Assembly: GCF_009914755.1 (NCBI RefSeq)
Contig: NC_060930.1
From: the human T2T-CHM13v2.0 reference genome, Homo sapiens
Strand: one strand, 5' to 3'
Length of the DNA stretch: 64,000 nucleotides
The translations under genes and the position numbers were made by a program. This document shows, in pieces, positions 1-41,976 of the stretch (the stretch's first letter is position 1; the number at the start of each line of letters is the position of its first letter). The notes beneath the pieces were generated by a model. The model had not been told where the DNA came from. It did no database searches and saw only the letters and a program-made list of their open reading frames with translations.

Positions 1-329
1 CTGTGCTGAGTCCTAGGACACAGAGGAAGGAAACACTACCTTCACCTTTTAGGAACTCACAATTTGGTGAAAGGAACACAAGAGCTGGACAGATGACTGA
101 CCCCGAGAGTTCCAGGGGATTGCCGAGGGCAGCCATAGGGCTGCAAGACTAAGCACTGCACAGCATCCTGGAGTATTATTTTTACCTAAAATTTGGGAAA
201 GAACTTTTTTCTTCTTTTGTGTAAAACAAGCATGAATCTATTATAGAGTAGGTTCCAATATGAATTTTGAGCTGAAACAGATGACAGAGGCCAAAGAATA
301 GGGCCTGTCATATGATAGATATTCAATGA

Positions 330-12458
<12,129 letters not shown>

Positions 12459-13049
12459 AATGTCTTATTAGAAGCAGTACCTTCCTTCCCATGAATTCTG
12501 GGTATTGAGCCCATCCGCACCCCCTCCACTTCCCTGCTCAATGACAAGGAACATCTTTTTCCTGGTGAGGGGAAGGGTGTAGGGTATCTTATTCACCCTC
12601 TGAGGGCCAAATAATGTGTAATACCACCCACCCCATCCTATAGGAGCTGCCCCCACCAGGCAGGGGGGTAGGTGAGAATGGGCATCTTAAAGGTGGGAGT
12701 GACTCAGTCTGGAGTTCGGGAAGGGTTTTGGGCAGATGAATCCGAGGAGAGATCTGAAGGGCTCTGGGGGTTACTGTGGCTAAGAGGATGAGACCCATTG
12801 GACAGAGGAAAGAGCAGAGAAGACACCTTATGGGTGTGCAGTGCTGTGTGCCTGTTTTACATCCTTGTATTCCTGTAGCACCTGGCTAGACGCCTTATTC
12901 ATAGCAGTCACACTTAAAACGTAGATGTTATCAAATTAACTATCAAGTGAAAGTTCACTTAAGGACTTTCCCAGCTCTTCCCCTCTGCAGGCGTTGAAAG
13001 GACAGGAACAGAACTTTCCGGACACTTCCCTTACCACGAGTCCACGTTA

Positions 13050-15826
<2,777 letters not shown>

Positions 15827-15836
15827 GGCACATTTG

Positions 15837-15842
15837 AATAAA
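15837..15842 (+). terminator. RPL10A: RPL10A polyadenylation signal AATAAA
   Basis: Canonical hexamer 10 nt after the stop; very short 3'UTR typical of ribosomal protein mRNAs; GT-rich sequence downstream. Confidence 0.9.
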
Positions 15843-16220
15843 TTCTATTACCAGTTCCCTCTGTCTGCCTGTGATTGAGGGTGGGGGGTGGTTTGTCAGC
15901 TGACAAGTGAGGGCCTTGGCACTGCTGATGGCTAGTTGTGTAGTTTGTCACTTTGATGATGGATAGTTGGGTACTATAGGGAAGAGGATGTTTTTCTGCC
16001 ATCAAAATCAGGCAGTCTTGCATATGTGATAGGGTTGCTAACGGCATTGAAGCTTTTTGACAGGATTGGTCCATGTAAATTTAAAATAAGGATTTTAGTC
16101 AGCATTTCTGTGTTAAGAAGACCACATGTGGAGTATCCTATGCTTTGGGTTAGTAATGAGTAAATGTTAAGGAAAACAAGGCACAGCAAACCAGTACAAA
16201 AGTATAATTAATGGACCTTG

Positions 16221-18213
<1,993 letters not shown>

Positions 18214-18700
18214 GCTGAAAGTCTTGAACTATCTCTGCCCCAGCCCTCTAAGGACTGTGGTCTGTCCCTACTGTGGACAGGTGGCTCAGGACAGCAGGGC
18301 TTTCCAGGCAGACATGGGTAGGTCAGCAGTTGTCACCTGGGGAGAGCGCTTACCCTCCTTGAGTCACTTAGGGTCAGTTGCTAACCCCTAGGCTTTGGTC
18401 TGTGTTGTGCTGGCTTATCAGGGGGCCCTGGAGCTTCCATCTCAGTCAATGTGCGACCTTGAGCACATCACTTCCCTTAGGTGACCTCAGGCCAGCACAC
18501 ACAAGTGCTCAGCTGGAAGCAGGAGGGAGTGAGGGAAATGTTGAGTGTGGGTAGGCCTTGGGGCCCCCCAAGAGATGATGGCATTGCAGGGGTTGGCGGT
18601 GATGACACACCAGGACCTAGGAGGAGCCCTCACCTGAAGCTGTTCCAATCCAAAGGTCTGGCACACAAGTGGTTACATGACTGACCCACAAACAAATAAC

Positions 18701-18706
18701 TTTAAT
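18701..18706 (-). terminator. TEAD3: TEAD3 polyadenylation signal ATTAAA
   Basis: TTTAAT on + reads ATTAAA on -, about 1.4 kb after the stop, followed by GT-rich sequence on the - strand. Confidence 0.7.
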
Positions 18707-20119
18707 TTTTTTTTTTTTTTTTTTTTGAGCAGGAGCTGGGCCTTTGAGGGCCCCTGCTCCAACCCCAAGCTGCATTTATGATATAACCCATCACAGCTGG
18801 ATTTTAAAAATACACAAAAAAATATATAATATACATTATAAAACCTAGGTGGGGTTTGGAGGTGGCCTGAGCGATATGCAAACAGTGAGGACCTTCAGGA
18901 AGCTCGGGCAGGGTCGGGATGAGGAAGGGAAGGGGCACAGTACTTCATATGAAACTCATAAATACCCACAGGTGGCTGCTGGACAGGCCCAGCTGGCTCT
19001 GGGGGCCTGGGTGTTAAGAAGGGACAGCAGGTGAAGGGTTAACCTTCAGTCCCAGAACTGGGTCTGGGAGCTGCTACTCTAGGCAGGTAGATTGAGGTGG
19101 GGAAGAACCTAAGGGAGCAGTGCCCACCAAGGGTTTGTCAGATTCAAGCCTCAGGCAAGAGAAAAATCAAAAGCCTTCTGCTACTCTCTCCCTCTGGGCC
19201 TCTGGTCTGCCCAGAGGCTGGGACTCCTTCCTCTACCTTGCTCTCAATCTGGAGGGTGCTGGGGGGTGCCCCATCTTCCTGGGGCCCCTGGCTGGCTTGT
19301 GGGCTAATGAGGTGCTAATGGGGTCTAGTAGCTGCTGTGCTCCCTTCTTCATGCCCAGTCTGAAACAGGTGCTCCCCTAACCCAGCGCCCCTCGATGAGG
19401 CTCCACTCCACACTGCAGAGCCTCTCCCCTACCCTGCGGCCAGCCCCCGCCCCAGGGAGGTAGTATAAACCTGGGCTCTGGGGACAAGCAGCCCTGGATG
19501 AGAACTCCAGCTCTGCCCACCTCTCCTGTGGGTCCCTCAACTTCCTGGAGCCTGGGCACTTCATCTGAAACCCAGAGACCTACGCTCGCTGTGCGGAGTC
19601 TGAGGACCACACAAGCCATGCAAGGAGTCTGGGCACCAGGCCTGGGACACAAAGGGGCAAGGAAGTGTGGGCCCCTCTGTCCTCAGTCCAACCCCAACCG
19701 GACACTCCCAGGGCCTCTGCTCACTGACTCCCTTGGTCTCCATCCTGCCCTCACCTGCCCATCATGCTCCCCCAAGGGTGGGTGGGGGTACAGTGGCCAC
19801 ACATGCTGGAGGCTGAAGGTGTCCCCTATCCCCACCTCTCTGAGGTCACGCGAGGCTGGGCAGAGCAGGGTGATGGTGGGTCAGCGCCCCGGACAGGCTG
19901 CCCCACCGCTGAGCCCTCCTCTCCTCTCTTCTCCCACAATTAAAGCGCAGAACAGTGGCAGGGAGTGTGTGTGCTGGGGTAGGTGGGGAGGCCTCCTGGG
20001 TCCTGGGCCTGAGGCCTGGCAGGTAGATGAATCCTCAATCCTGGACCCCCCCAGGGGTGCCAGGCAGGTGTGGAGAGGAGATGCTCACCCTGCATCCTTA
20101 AGGAGGCGCAGAGGGCACC

Positions 20120-31738
<11,619 letters not shown>

Positions 31739-32206
31739 TGTGCTGGTTGCTCTGGGCTCTGGGCCTGAGCCCACTGGGCGGCTGAGCCTGGGGGACAGAC
31801 AGACAGGAACTGGGACCAGGGTCCTCCTCGACCACAGCAATCTCCTATCCCACAGCCGCTGGCTCTGGAGCTCCGCCCCCAGCCCCAAGCCCACCCTAGG
31901 AGCAGGTGCTCCAGGTGGAACGGAGGTAACCAGAGGAACAACCACAGCTTGTTCAGAGCTGTGTGACCTGGGATGCACGCGCTACTTCACCTCTCTAGGC
32001 CTCAGTCCTGTAAAACGAGAAAAGGGTCTCCTTGAGGAGACCTCCTTGAGGTTGTGAGGGTTAAAATGTAAATGAGCTCATGACAAAGTACCAACCACAT
32101 GCCCAGCTCATAATACTCAAGAAATAGGTAATCGGTAACAACAATGCCTCATACCAACACAGCACTTTTGTAGGGAAAAGGCATTTTCATATTCATTCAA
32201 ACCTCA

Positions 32207-32850
<644 letters not shown>

Positions 32851-33812
32851 ACACTAAAGCAGGGAAGGTAGGGAATAAAGCCCATTATCCAGAGATGAAA
32901 ACTAAGGCTCACAAGGTCACGCAGCTGCCAAAGGCATGCTGAGGAGCACAGAGAGGAGGAGCAGAGGAGCAGGGCTGTGTTTCCTCAGCTCTCCCTGTCA
33001 GCTCCTCCTCCCCAGTGTCCACATCCCCAGTCAGGGACCTCCACCCCTCACTCTCGCCCCAGCATCAGTGCAACCCTGCTAAGGACCCCTCAGGGGACAA
33101 GGAGAGTCCCTGACCCAGAAGGGCACCATTTTATCTTCCCCCAAATCGATAACTAACCAGAACTCTGCCAAGGGGCCTAATGTAGGGCAGGAACTGCCCC
33201 AGGAATTACAAAAAGGGAACTGGTGAGGGAGCAGCAGAGAAGGTGCTTGGCCAACAGCCTGGCTCAACCTCACCCGCTCCTCTATCCCACTTCCTGTTCC
33301 CGCACCTCCAGGCCCCACAGCAGCCCGTAAACCACCAACACGCCCGCCCCCGCCCTGGCCCATCCTACATGTGGGCCAGGGCTCTGTAAACTGTGAGTGC
33401 CCTGAACCTGCCAGGCTATTAATTTGGACCACACCCCACCAGGCCCCCTATCACTCACAACCCCAAGACTCACCCCAAATCCCCTTCAGCCCCAGAACCC
33501 ACATGTCCAATGTATTCAGGGTCCTGGAAACCTAAGAGCCCATGATGGCTGGATCCTGGGACTTAGCTCTGGGCAGCAGGGAAAGGGGAGGGGTGGAGAT
33601 GTAGGGGACACCGTCAGAAGCCAGGGAGAGGAAGATGAATTCCAGGTCCTGCTGCTTGAGTCGGGGTGGACTCTCTCTGCAGAGCCACCTGTTTGCTTAG
33701 GGAGGCTTGAGGGGATCACTAGTAGAATGAGGTGGGGAGGGCCTGGGAGGTCTGAATGTCAGCCAGTTATTCGGTTATTTTTTTTCTTTTTTAAATTTTT
33801 TATTTGTTTTTT

Positions 33813-34133
33813 ATTTTTTAGACGGAGTCTTGCTCTGTCGCCCAGGCTAGAGTGCAATGGCGCGATCTCTGCTCACCGCAACCTCCACCTCCTGGGTTCA
33901 AGCGATTCTCCTGCCTCAGACTCCCATGCAGCCTCCCCCCTCAGCATGGTGGCACGCACCTGTAGCTGGGATTACAGGCGCATGCCACCATGCCCAGATA
34001 ATTTTTTGTATTTTTAGTAAAGACGGGGTTTCACCATGTTGGCCAGGCTGGTCTCAAACTTCTGACCTCATGGTCCGCCAGCCTCGGCCTCCCAAAGTGT
34101 TGGGATTACAGGCGTGAGCCACTGCGCCCGGCC
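33813..34133 (-). mobile_element. Alu with an internal inverted insertion
   Basis: Alu consensus interrupted at about 33925-33964. Confidence 0.88.
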
Positions 34134-35321
34134 CTTGATTATTCTAAACTATTATTCAGTTAGTTATTCAGCTATTCAACTAGTTATTGTAATTATTCTA
34201 AACTATTGAGTCTAGACTTAATATTACTACTACTAACAGTACCTGTCATATGCCAGGCACTGTTCTGGGATTTCACACACATTGACTCATTTAATCCTCA
34301 CAATAACCCTATGGGGCAGATACTATTATTATTCCTAGTTTATAGATGAGGAACCCAAGAAACAGAGAAGTTAAGCAACTTGCCTTAGGGCACACAACAA
34401 GTAAGTACTAGGGCTGGGTTCTGAACCCAGGTAAGCTGGCTTCGGTTTTATAACCAGGAAGGTTATAGGGAGGGTGCTGAGAGACCCCACCACCTGAGAG
34501 AGAAAGGAGGTTCAGCTGTCACAGCAACTGCCCTAAGTCTGCCCAGGAGGTCCCCCTCAACCCAAGCAACTGGAGCAACTTGAAGACCCCCGCACTGCCG
34601 TACAGCCCTTTCTGTGATGCCTCCAGAGCCACCAGGAATCTCTCTCCCATGGCCAGTGGGCGGCCAGAAGGAGCTGTGCCCCTGACCTGTCAGAGGGGCC
34701 AGATGCCCTCATTCCCAGCCTGTCCCTCACCCCAGGAAACTGGATCCAGAGCCCCAGGCCCTACTCCTCAACGAGAGGGGAATTCTTGGAATAGAAATGT
34801 GAGGGGTAAACAAAATAAATATAAATAAATAAATAAGGAAATGTGGGGGGTGGTGGCTCACGACTATAATCCCAGCACTCTGGGAAGCTCACTTGAGGCC
34901 AGGAGTTCAAGACCAGCCTGGACAACATAGTGAAAACCTTGTCTCTATTTTTAAAAATTAAATTTAAATTAAAAAAACAAAAAGAAAAAATTAAGGGGAC
35001 AGGGGTGTGCTAGCTGGGTGGGGGCACCTAGGGACTCCCCTGTTGAAATAGTTGGGACGCAGGGCCTGTCCACAGGTGTCAGTCTGACACTGCCACAGAG
35101 CTGTTAGAGGGGAGGGAGAAGAGGGGCTACAATGAGCTAAGGCCCCTCTTAACCCCTTTCCCGAGGCCTCCCTCGAGCAGCAGCGGCCCAGGCAGCCCCA
35201 GACTTTTAAAGCAACTTTCCTGCCTCCCCCAAGTCCCTGCCCGCCTCCCCTCAAGCAGGCTGTGGCCCCCCCTTCTTAGGGTGATGTCAGCCCCGCCCCG
35301 CCCCCCGCGGGAGCACTGTGG

Positions 35322-35331
35322 CCAAATATGG
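35322..35331. promoter_or_regulatory. CArG box (SRF site) in TEAD3 intron 1
   Basis: CCAAATATGG is a perfect CC(A/T)6GG, flanked by GC boxes and an E-box CAGCTG at 35407-35412. Confidence 0.5.
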
Positions 35332-36019
35332 CGAACACAGCAGCAGGCTTGGGAGCTGGGACAGACTGGGGGGGCGGGGCAGGCGGCCCCTGGCTGGGAC
35401 CGCTGGCAGCTGGTGAGGGGGAGGGGAGGGGGGACGGCCCAAAGGACGTGTCAAGGAGAGAATAGGACCACCGTCCCTCCCTTCGGCTGGCTCCTAGACG
35501 CATGCGAGACTCACTTTCTAGGAACGCTCCTGGGGCAGAGGCACCAACACAGGGGCAAGTGGCACTCCCCACACACAGCCATGCACAGGAGCACACTGTG
35601 CAGAGGGGCTGTGCGAGTGCTCGGGAGGACAACCACGTGAGAATGTGCACCCCCAAGCTGAGGCACACACATGGGCAGTCGTGGGCAGGCAGCTGCCCCC
35701 GTCTGGGGGCTGGACCGGGGTCTCAGTGGAAGGGAGTCTGCAGGAGGCGTGAGCACTGGCTGCTCTGTTCTCCTAGAGACCAGCATGTGCCCGCCTTCTT
35801 CTCCCTAGATCCTCTAACTGCTGGGACCCAGGCCGGGCTGAGAGAGGAGGCTATGGCTCCCTGGACAGGTGCGGGCTGGGCTGGGGCAAATGTGGGACTC
35901 TGGCTTGGTGGAGGGGTGGGACATCTAGAGAAAGCTGACTGCGGGCGAGAGGGCAAGCCCTGGGCTGCTGGCTGATGATGCCCAGGTATCTAGAAACTCT
36001 GCCTCGCTGTGCTGTGCCA

Positions 36020-36570
36020 TGAAGAGGGGTAGGAGAGAGAGGAGACCCAAGTGAGGGTCAAGGGGAGGGAGACCAAGGCCGGGGTGGGGCCTGAGACAGA
36101 CAGGAGGGGCAGGGGAGACAGGCTGGGGGAGAGTCTGGGGCAAAGAGAAGCTGAGGTGAACCCAGAGAGAAAACAGACCAGAGACAGGAGAGTCCCAGTG
36201 AGTGACAGACAGAAAGCCCAACCCAGTGGGGGACAGACCAGAGCCCCGCAGAGTGAAGGGAGAGACCCCAGGAGAGATGTGGAGGCAGGGCGGGGGAGTG
36301 CTGGACCCTCAGACCCACAGACTGACAGACAGAGCCGGTGGGGGGTGAAGGGAGAAGGGGAGAAGGAGGGCAGGGGAGGGGCACAGACAAGGCAACCAAC
36401 AAAGACCTAGAAAGAGACACACAGCAGAGAGGGGTAGACCAGAAACTCAGATATGATAGGCATCGAGGGAGGGGCAGACCAGGAGGGGATGGGGAGAAAG
36501 AAAAAGACAGGGACAAGGACAGAGACCCAGAGGCCAAGGCAAAACAGAGGGAGGGAGTGACAAGGGAGGC
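36020..36570. repeat. GA-rich low-complexity tract (recurring GAGACAG / GACAGA)
   Basis: Strong purine bias on the + strand. Confidence 0.7.
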
Positions 36571-38399
36571 CACTGCCAGGGGCTGGGGCTGGCCACCATC
36601 CAGGACACCCCCACTCCCATCTCAGGGGCTCCTACCCTCCACCTCCTCTCAGAACCCCTCCCATCTGCCTCTGCAGAGGAGTCCTGTTGTACCTGTCCTG
36701 CAAACCCGCCAGCAGGCTGCAGACCCCCAGGGGACTCAGTCTGCCTTCACCCTCATCCTGACCAGCCACACCCGCTTCCCCTCTCCCAGGGCCCTCAGCC
36801 TTTCAGGCTCAGAAGGCCTCTGGGTGGAGGCAGGGATGGGGGCTAGGAGGCTGGGTGAGCAGGCTTTGGGGCCCTGGGGAAGATAAGGGGCACCTTGCTG
36901 CCCACCCCCACCCTGGGGCAAGACCTGCTGGAAGAACTGGCTGGACAGCTCCAGGGATCAGGCTGGAGCTGGGGCCGCTGCAGAGGCCCTGGTCCCCCAC
37001 CCCCACAGACCCTGCAGCCTCCAGACCACCCAGCCCTGTAGCTCCCTTTAGGGGCCCCAGAGCCACTGCCTTGGTAGGAGGCACAGAAAAAGCCAGTCTG
37101 GGTGAGTGGGCACCTCCTGTCTTACCCCTTCCCCTGCACCAGCCCTGCTGGGAGGACGAGCTGAGCTGTGACCTTCCTGGGTCTAGCAGCCAGCAGTCCA
37201 CCCCTGCAGGGACCCCAGCCCCCAAAGCATTCTCACTTGGAGTGAGAACATCACTCAAAATGTGGCAAGATCAGTGAAATCAGCAGTTTCCTCCCAAATC
37301 TCTGCCCTCAAACCTGAGCTGGGCTGACCAGCCGGGGGGGTCGAGGATGGGGAGGGCAGCTGAGGAGGGCTAAGGGAGGCTCCCACCCTCTCTGCCTTTT
37401 CCTCCCTCCTCCCCTACCCGCCCCACAGCGGGCCAGCTGTTCTCCAGCTGCCAGAAGCTCCCACCCTAGAAGTAGCCATGCTCTGGGGCAGCAGAGCAAG
37501 TAGGGATGTATCTGTCTCCCCCACCTCCAGCCCAAGGACCCCGGAGGGACCCTGCCAAGCAGCCACACCCTGCCAGGCTGGGGAGGGCTTCCCTCCTTCC
37601 TGGAACAGGGTCTCAATTTTTACAGGAGGAAGCAATTTGCAGAGCCCACTAGGAGGGAGGTGGGGGCCCCTCCACTCTCTCCCCACCCCCCGCCCTGCTT
37701 ATTAATGTGCTTCCAATTTGGGACTGGAGATTCTCTGCCCCTCCTCCCCACACTACTTGGGAAAGGGGCTTTCTCAGGGAGCAGAGGGGGTTGGGATAGT
37801 CCCCCCAGGCCTCCTTCTGCAAAGCTCATCTCATCTGTTGTCACGCTCCTGCTCCCTGAAGCAGTATAGCGGGTAGGAGGGTGGAGACTCAGCCCTCAAG
37901 TCCCCTGTAGAGAGAAGGGCCCAGTTTCCAGACCTCCCTTCACCCCCTCCCTGGGACTGACTTATCTCCTCATCTTGTCCTGGTCCCAGGGTGGGAATCT
38001 CAGGTATCCAGTGAGAGACAGACTATAGGGGGTCACTGGGTTTCTCAGTTCTCAGTTACCATGCCAGACTCCTGGTACTCTGGGTCGCCCACTGGGCTCC
38101 CACCAGCCACTCAGTCAGTGCCCTCATGAGAGTCACGGTGTCATCTAAGAACAAATAGGTTTCCTCTGCGCCCTTCCTCTCGCTCGCATACACAGTTGCG
38201 TCACAGCCACTGTCCTGCTCATTCACTGTTACCCGCATCTCTCTCCTGCTGGGTTTTTAAAAATGTCTTTATTGTGATAAAATATACATAACATCAAGTT
38301 TACCATTTTAGCCATTTCTAAGTGTACAATTGAGAGGCATTAATTACATTCCTTCTTTGTTTTTATCAGTGTCTTTCTCATTGTCTTCCACATAGATGC

Positions 38400-39310
38400 C
38401 ACACATGTCAGGGACCACAGGCCCCCAAAAGCATCCCACAGAGCCTCCTACACGCCCTGCCTGGCACAGCCCTGGGGGTGTCACCCACACTACCCGAGAG
38501 TCCCAAACACGCTCAGATAGTGACCACCCACCCACAGCGCCAGCATCAGTCACGCCCCACGGTTTCTCTCACATACGGTGTCGCTTTCTGGTGCTCAGTG
38601 TCACCCACACACCGCATACCATATTCATGCTTGGCACATGTCGGATGGGGCCCACCTTGCTGGTACACACATCATACTGACACAGAGCTGGTCATGTTGT
38701 TTTACTCGCATGTAGTGTCACATGTAAGTCACACACAGACAAACCTGAGGCCATCTCACATGCTGCGTCACAACATGCAGGTCACAAGTGGTCACACCAC
38801 AGCGTAACACATCACACAGATCGCCACTCATCCGGCTTCTCACGCACACGCGCCCGCGCGCTCACATACACACAGCATCGTGCGAGTGCGGTGTCCTTCA
38901 CACGCAGGTCACTTGAGCATCAGAGCCACACCCAGTGTCATCTCCAGGTACACACAGATGGCTAGGCAGCCAGCTTCCTTCATCGGCACATCCTGGGTGA
39001 TGCCCTGGCACACACAGAACATCCCCCATGCAGGTTCTCAGGTACAGAGGTGGCGGCACACCTGGACACATGAAGAGTCACCCAGTTTCTCTTATGGACG
39101 TGTATATCTGTCACACACACGAATGTCACAAAGCCACAGTTTCTCTCCTGCATACACCCAGCCCTGCACAAGTTGCTCTGACCAAGGTTCTCTTCCACAC
39201 ACATCCAGCCCCACAGAAGACAAGTCTCACCCACATAGAATGTCCCACTCATGGCTTCTCTCACACACATCCAGCGTCACACACAGTTGCATTCTCATTT
39301 CCCTCTAACA
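38400..39310. repeat. Degenerate CA-rich tract (recurring TCACAC / CACAC)
   Basis: About 900 bp with a high density of CACAC and GTCAC words. Confidence 0.6.
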
Positions 39311-41976
39311 CTTCCTGCCCTTTCAGGCCTGGCAGGGAGCACAGGAAACAATCGGCACTCTAGGAAACCCCAAGGGCTGAGGCTTTAGGGATGTGCAGGG
39401 GGATGAACCTCTCTGGCCCTAACCTCAACCTCCTGTGGGTCGGGGAAGACAGGCAGAGCCCTTTCCCTGGCAGGGTTCTCCCTGGAGGGAAGTGGCCCCT
39501 TCTGCAGACAGCCCAGGGCTGGCACAACACCAGGAGGGGAGGGGAGGGAAGGCAGGGCAAGGCCCCAGGGACAGTGCCGAGTGTGACCTGCTGACCTCCC
39601 CAGCTCTACCCAGAGGCAGATCCTCAGGGCCACCCCTGGGACCCCACAGCTTCTGCAGCCCCCATGTGGGAAGAAGAGGCTGCGACCTCCTAGCCCCTTC
39701 ACAGAAAGCTGCAGCGTTTAGACCCCTGGGCTCCTCTCCCCATCCTGGGCGGGGAGGAGGAGGAGGGCAGGACCAGCGATTTCCACACTGAGCCCTGGGA
39801 CCCCCACAGGTGTCTGGGAGTGGGGCAGAGGGTAGAGCCACCCAAGCGGCCTCTGAGCACCCTTTGTGCCATTCAGCCCTAACAGAACCCATGACCACTT
39901 CAGAGGCAAGATCCCCCAATCCACCAAGCCCCCCTGTCCCTTGACACCTGCCCCCCGCCACCTTTTCAGCCCTGTTCATCTGGCTGAGCTACTCCTCAGT
40001 CACCCCTTGGTTTGTCCTTGCCTTCTTCTTTGGGCCACTGGATCACCCACCCGCCTCTCCAGACCCCACCAAGTTCAGGTTCCATCATGGGAGAAGGAAG
40101 GCAAACTGGGAGACAGACTCTGGGAGGAGCTCAGAGAAAAGGGACTTGAGAAGTCATTCATTCCAAGCAGGGAAACTGAGGCCCAAAGGGGCCTGCCAAG
40201 ATGGCGCAACTGGTTAAAGGTCCGGAGGGGACCAGATCCCTATTTCTTGACCACCTCTGTTGAGATATCTTCTCCTTTGATATTGTTGAGAATATCAAAT
40301 CCTCCCGGTTTTAACATTCCTTCAGTTGGCAGAAAGTGCCAGGGTCTACAAACCTTAGGGTGAGGATGGGAGCAGGGCTCAGGACCCATGTGATGCTTCT
40401 GTACACTTAATGTGCTGCTCTGTCCTGGCAACCACTGACCACTCTAACAAGCCATTCCCCAGCCCAGATGCGCTCATTAGCATTAATGACGTTCCCTCCC
40501 TGGTGGGGTAGGGGAAGGCCCAAGAGCTTGGGACTCATACTGGCTCCTACCCTCTCCCTGAGGAGGGGGCATCCAGGGCCCCTGAAGTTACCCTTACTGG
40601 ACAGCCTTGTCCTGGAAGATCTGTGCACTCTGCCCACTGGGTGAGCAGGGACCCAGAAGACCACAGAACCACATCCTTTAGGGAGTGCCCCTACGAGAGG
40701 GGTCTTGGTGGGAGGGGGGCTACAGGAGTCTAGAAGGGAGAGGACATAATTCCCCCAAATCTCCAACTTTTGAGGAAAGCCTCCCCTCCTTGCCCCAGGT
40801 GGCCCCAGCACTGGGGTGGAACATGTGTACAGAGAACCAGGCCACAAGAGACTGGATACGCAGAGCCGCTATGGGCACCAGCCCCTCTGAGCTGTGTCCA
40901 GCCCCTACCCCTATGCCCTGTTCTTCCGGACAACAAGTCCAGGCCTGACCTGGTTCTGCCCCTACCTGGAAAGAGGGAAGACACAGAAGAAGACAGCCCC
41001 TGAGAAGTCCGCCCCAAGGCCTCCTTCCCCCTCGCACTGAAAGAATCTCTCAGCCCTGGATCAGGGCCCCTCACCAGGAAAGTTGACAGAGCGGGGTCTC
41101 AATGACACTGCCCCAGGGCCCAGCTGGGCTGGAAAACAGATCCAGACCAGCGCTCCCAGCCCTCCCTCCCCTAGCAGGAATAAAGGGCATGACAGACAAT
41201 GGTGGGGACCGGGGTAGGAAGCGGGAGACCAGCCACCCTCAAACCTTGTCAAGTCTAAACAAGGGCCCTGAGCAAGTGTGGGGAAGAAAAGGCCCCAAAT
41301 CCAGACCCCTCCGAGCCAAGCTCACAGCGCTCAGGGCTGGAACTCTGAATCAGCACCCCGACGCAGGCGGCAGAACTGAAGGGAACGTGAGCCCCTCCCT
41401 GCCTCTCAGGGGACACACGGCCGGGGCGCGCGGCTTTGGTCCCAGACACCCTCCACAACCCAGCGCAGCCGCGGCACCGCGCGCAGAAACCGGCCTGGGC
41501 GCTGGGAGGCCGGGCCCGAGGCCTGCGTGGAGCTGAGGCCGGGCGGGCTCCGGGAGCGCGCGGGCCGGGAGTCCAAAGGGCGGCGGGGCCCGGGACTGGG
41601 CGCCCCGGATATGAGCTCCAGGGTGGCAGGCAGGCCCTCCACACTGTGCGGCCCCCGGATCCCCGCCCCGACCCCCCAAGCACGGACGGCGGGACAGGCG
41701 ACGGCACAGGGGACACGGTCTCCCCGGCTTCCCCACCTTCCCGGACCAACTCGTCCCCGTCGCGGGGGGGTGGGGAGGGCGGGGGGCGGGGCTTCCCGGA
41801 GAGATTTTCCCCCTTCCCTCTAAACTTCCCGGCACCCCGATCCGGGGCTCCAGCTCCGGCTGGACAATAGCTCGGGGACCCAGTCCCCCTCGAGTGTCGC
41901 CCCCCCAGCCAGCCCAGCCGACCAACCAAACCACCTCTCCCGAGCGGGGCCTCCTCCCGGCGTCCGCCCGGCTTAC

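Noticed and set aside
31739-31978. In-frame upstream ATG at 31978 extending TEAD3 by 80 codons
   Set aside because: It lies in intron 1, upstream of the exon 2 acceptor at 31787 and within a MIR-like remnant, so it is absent from the spliced mRNA; the ATA start gives the expected 435 aa.
34126-34210. Short recurring ttattc / attattctaaactatt units that superficially resemble an array
   Set aside because: AT-rich slippage next to an Alu and MIR; no constant repeat-spacer structure, and CRISPR is not expected in human DNA.
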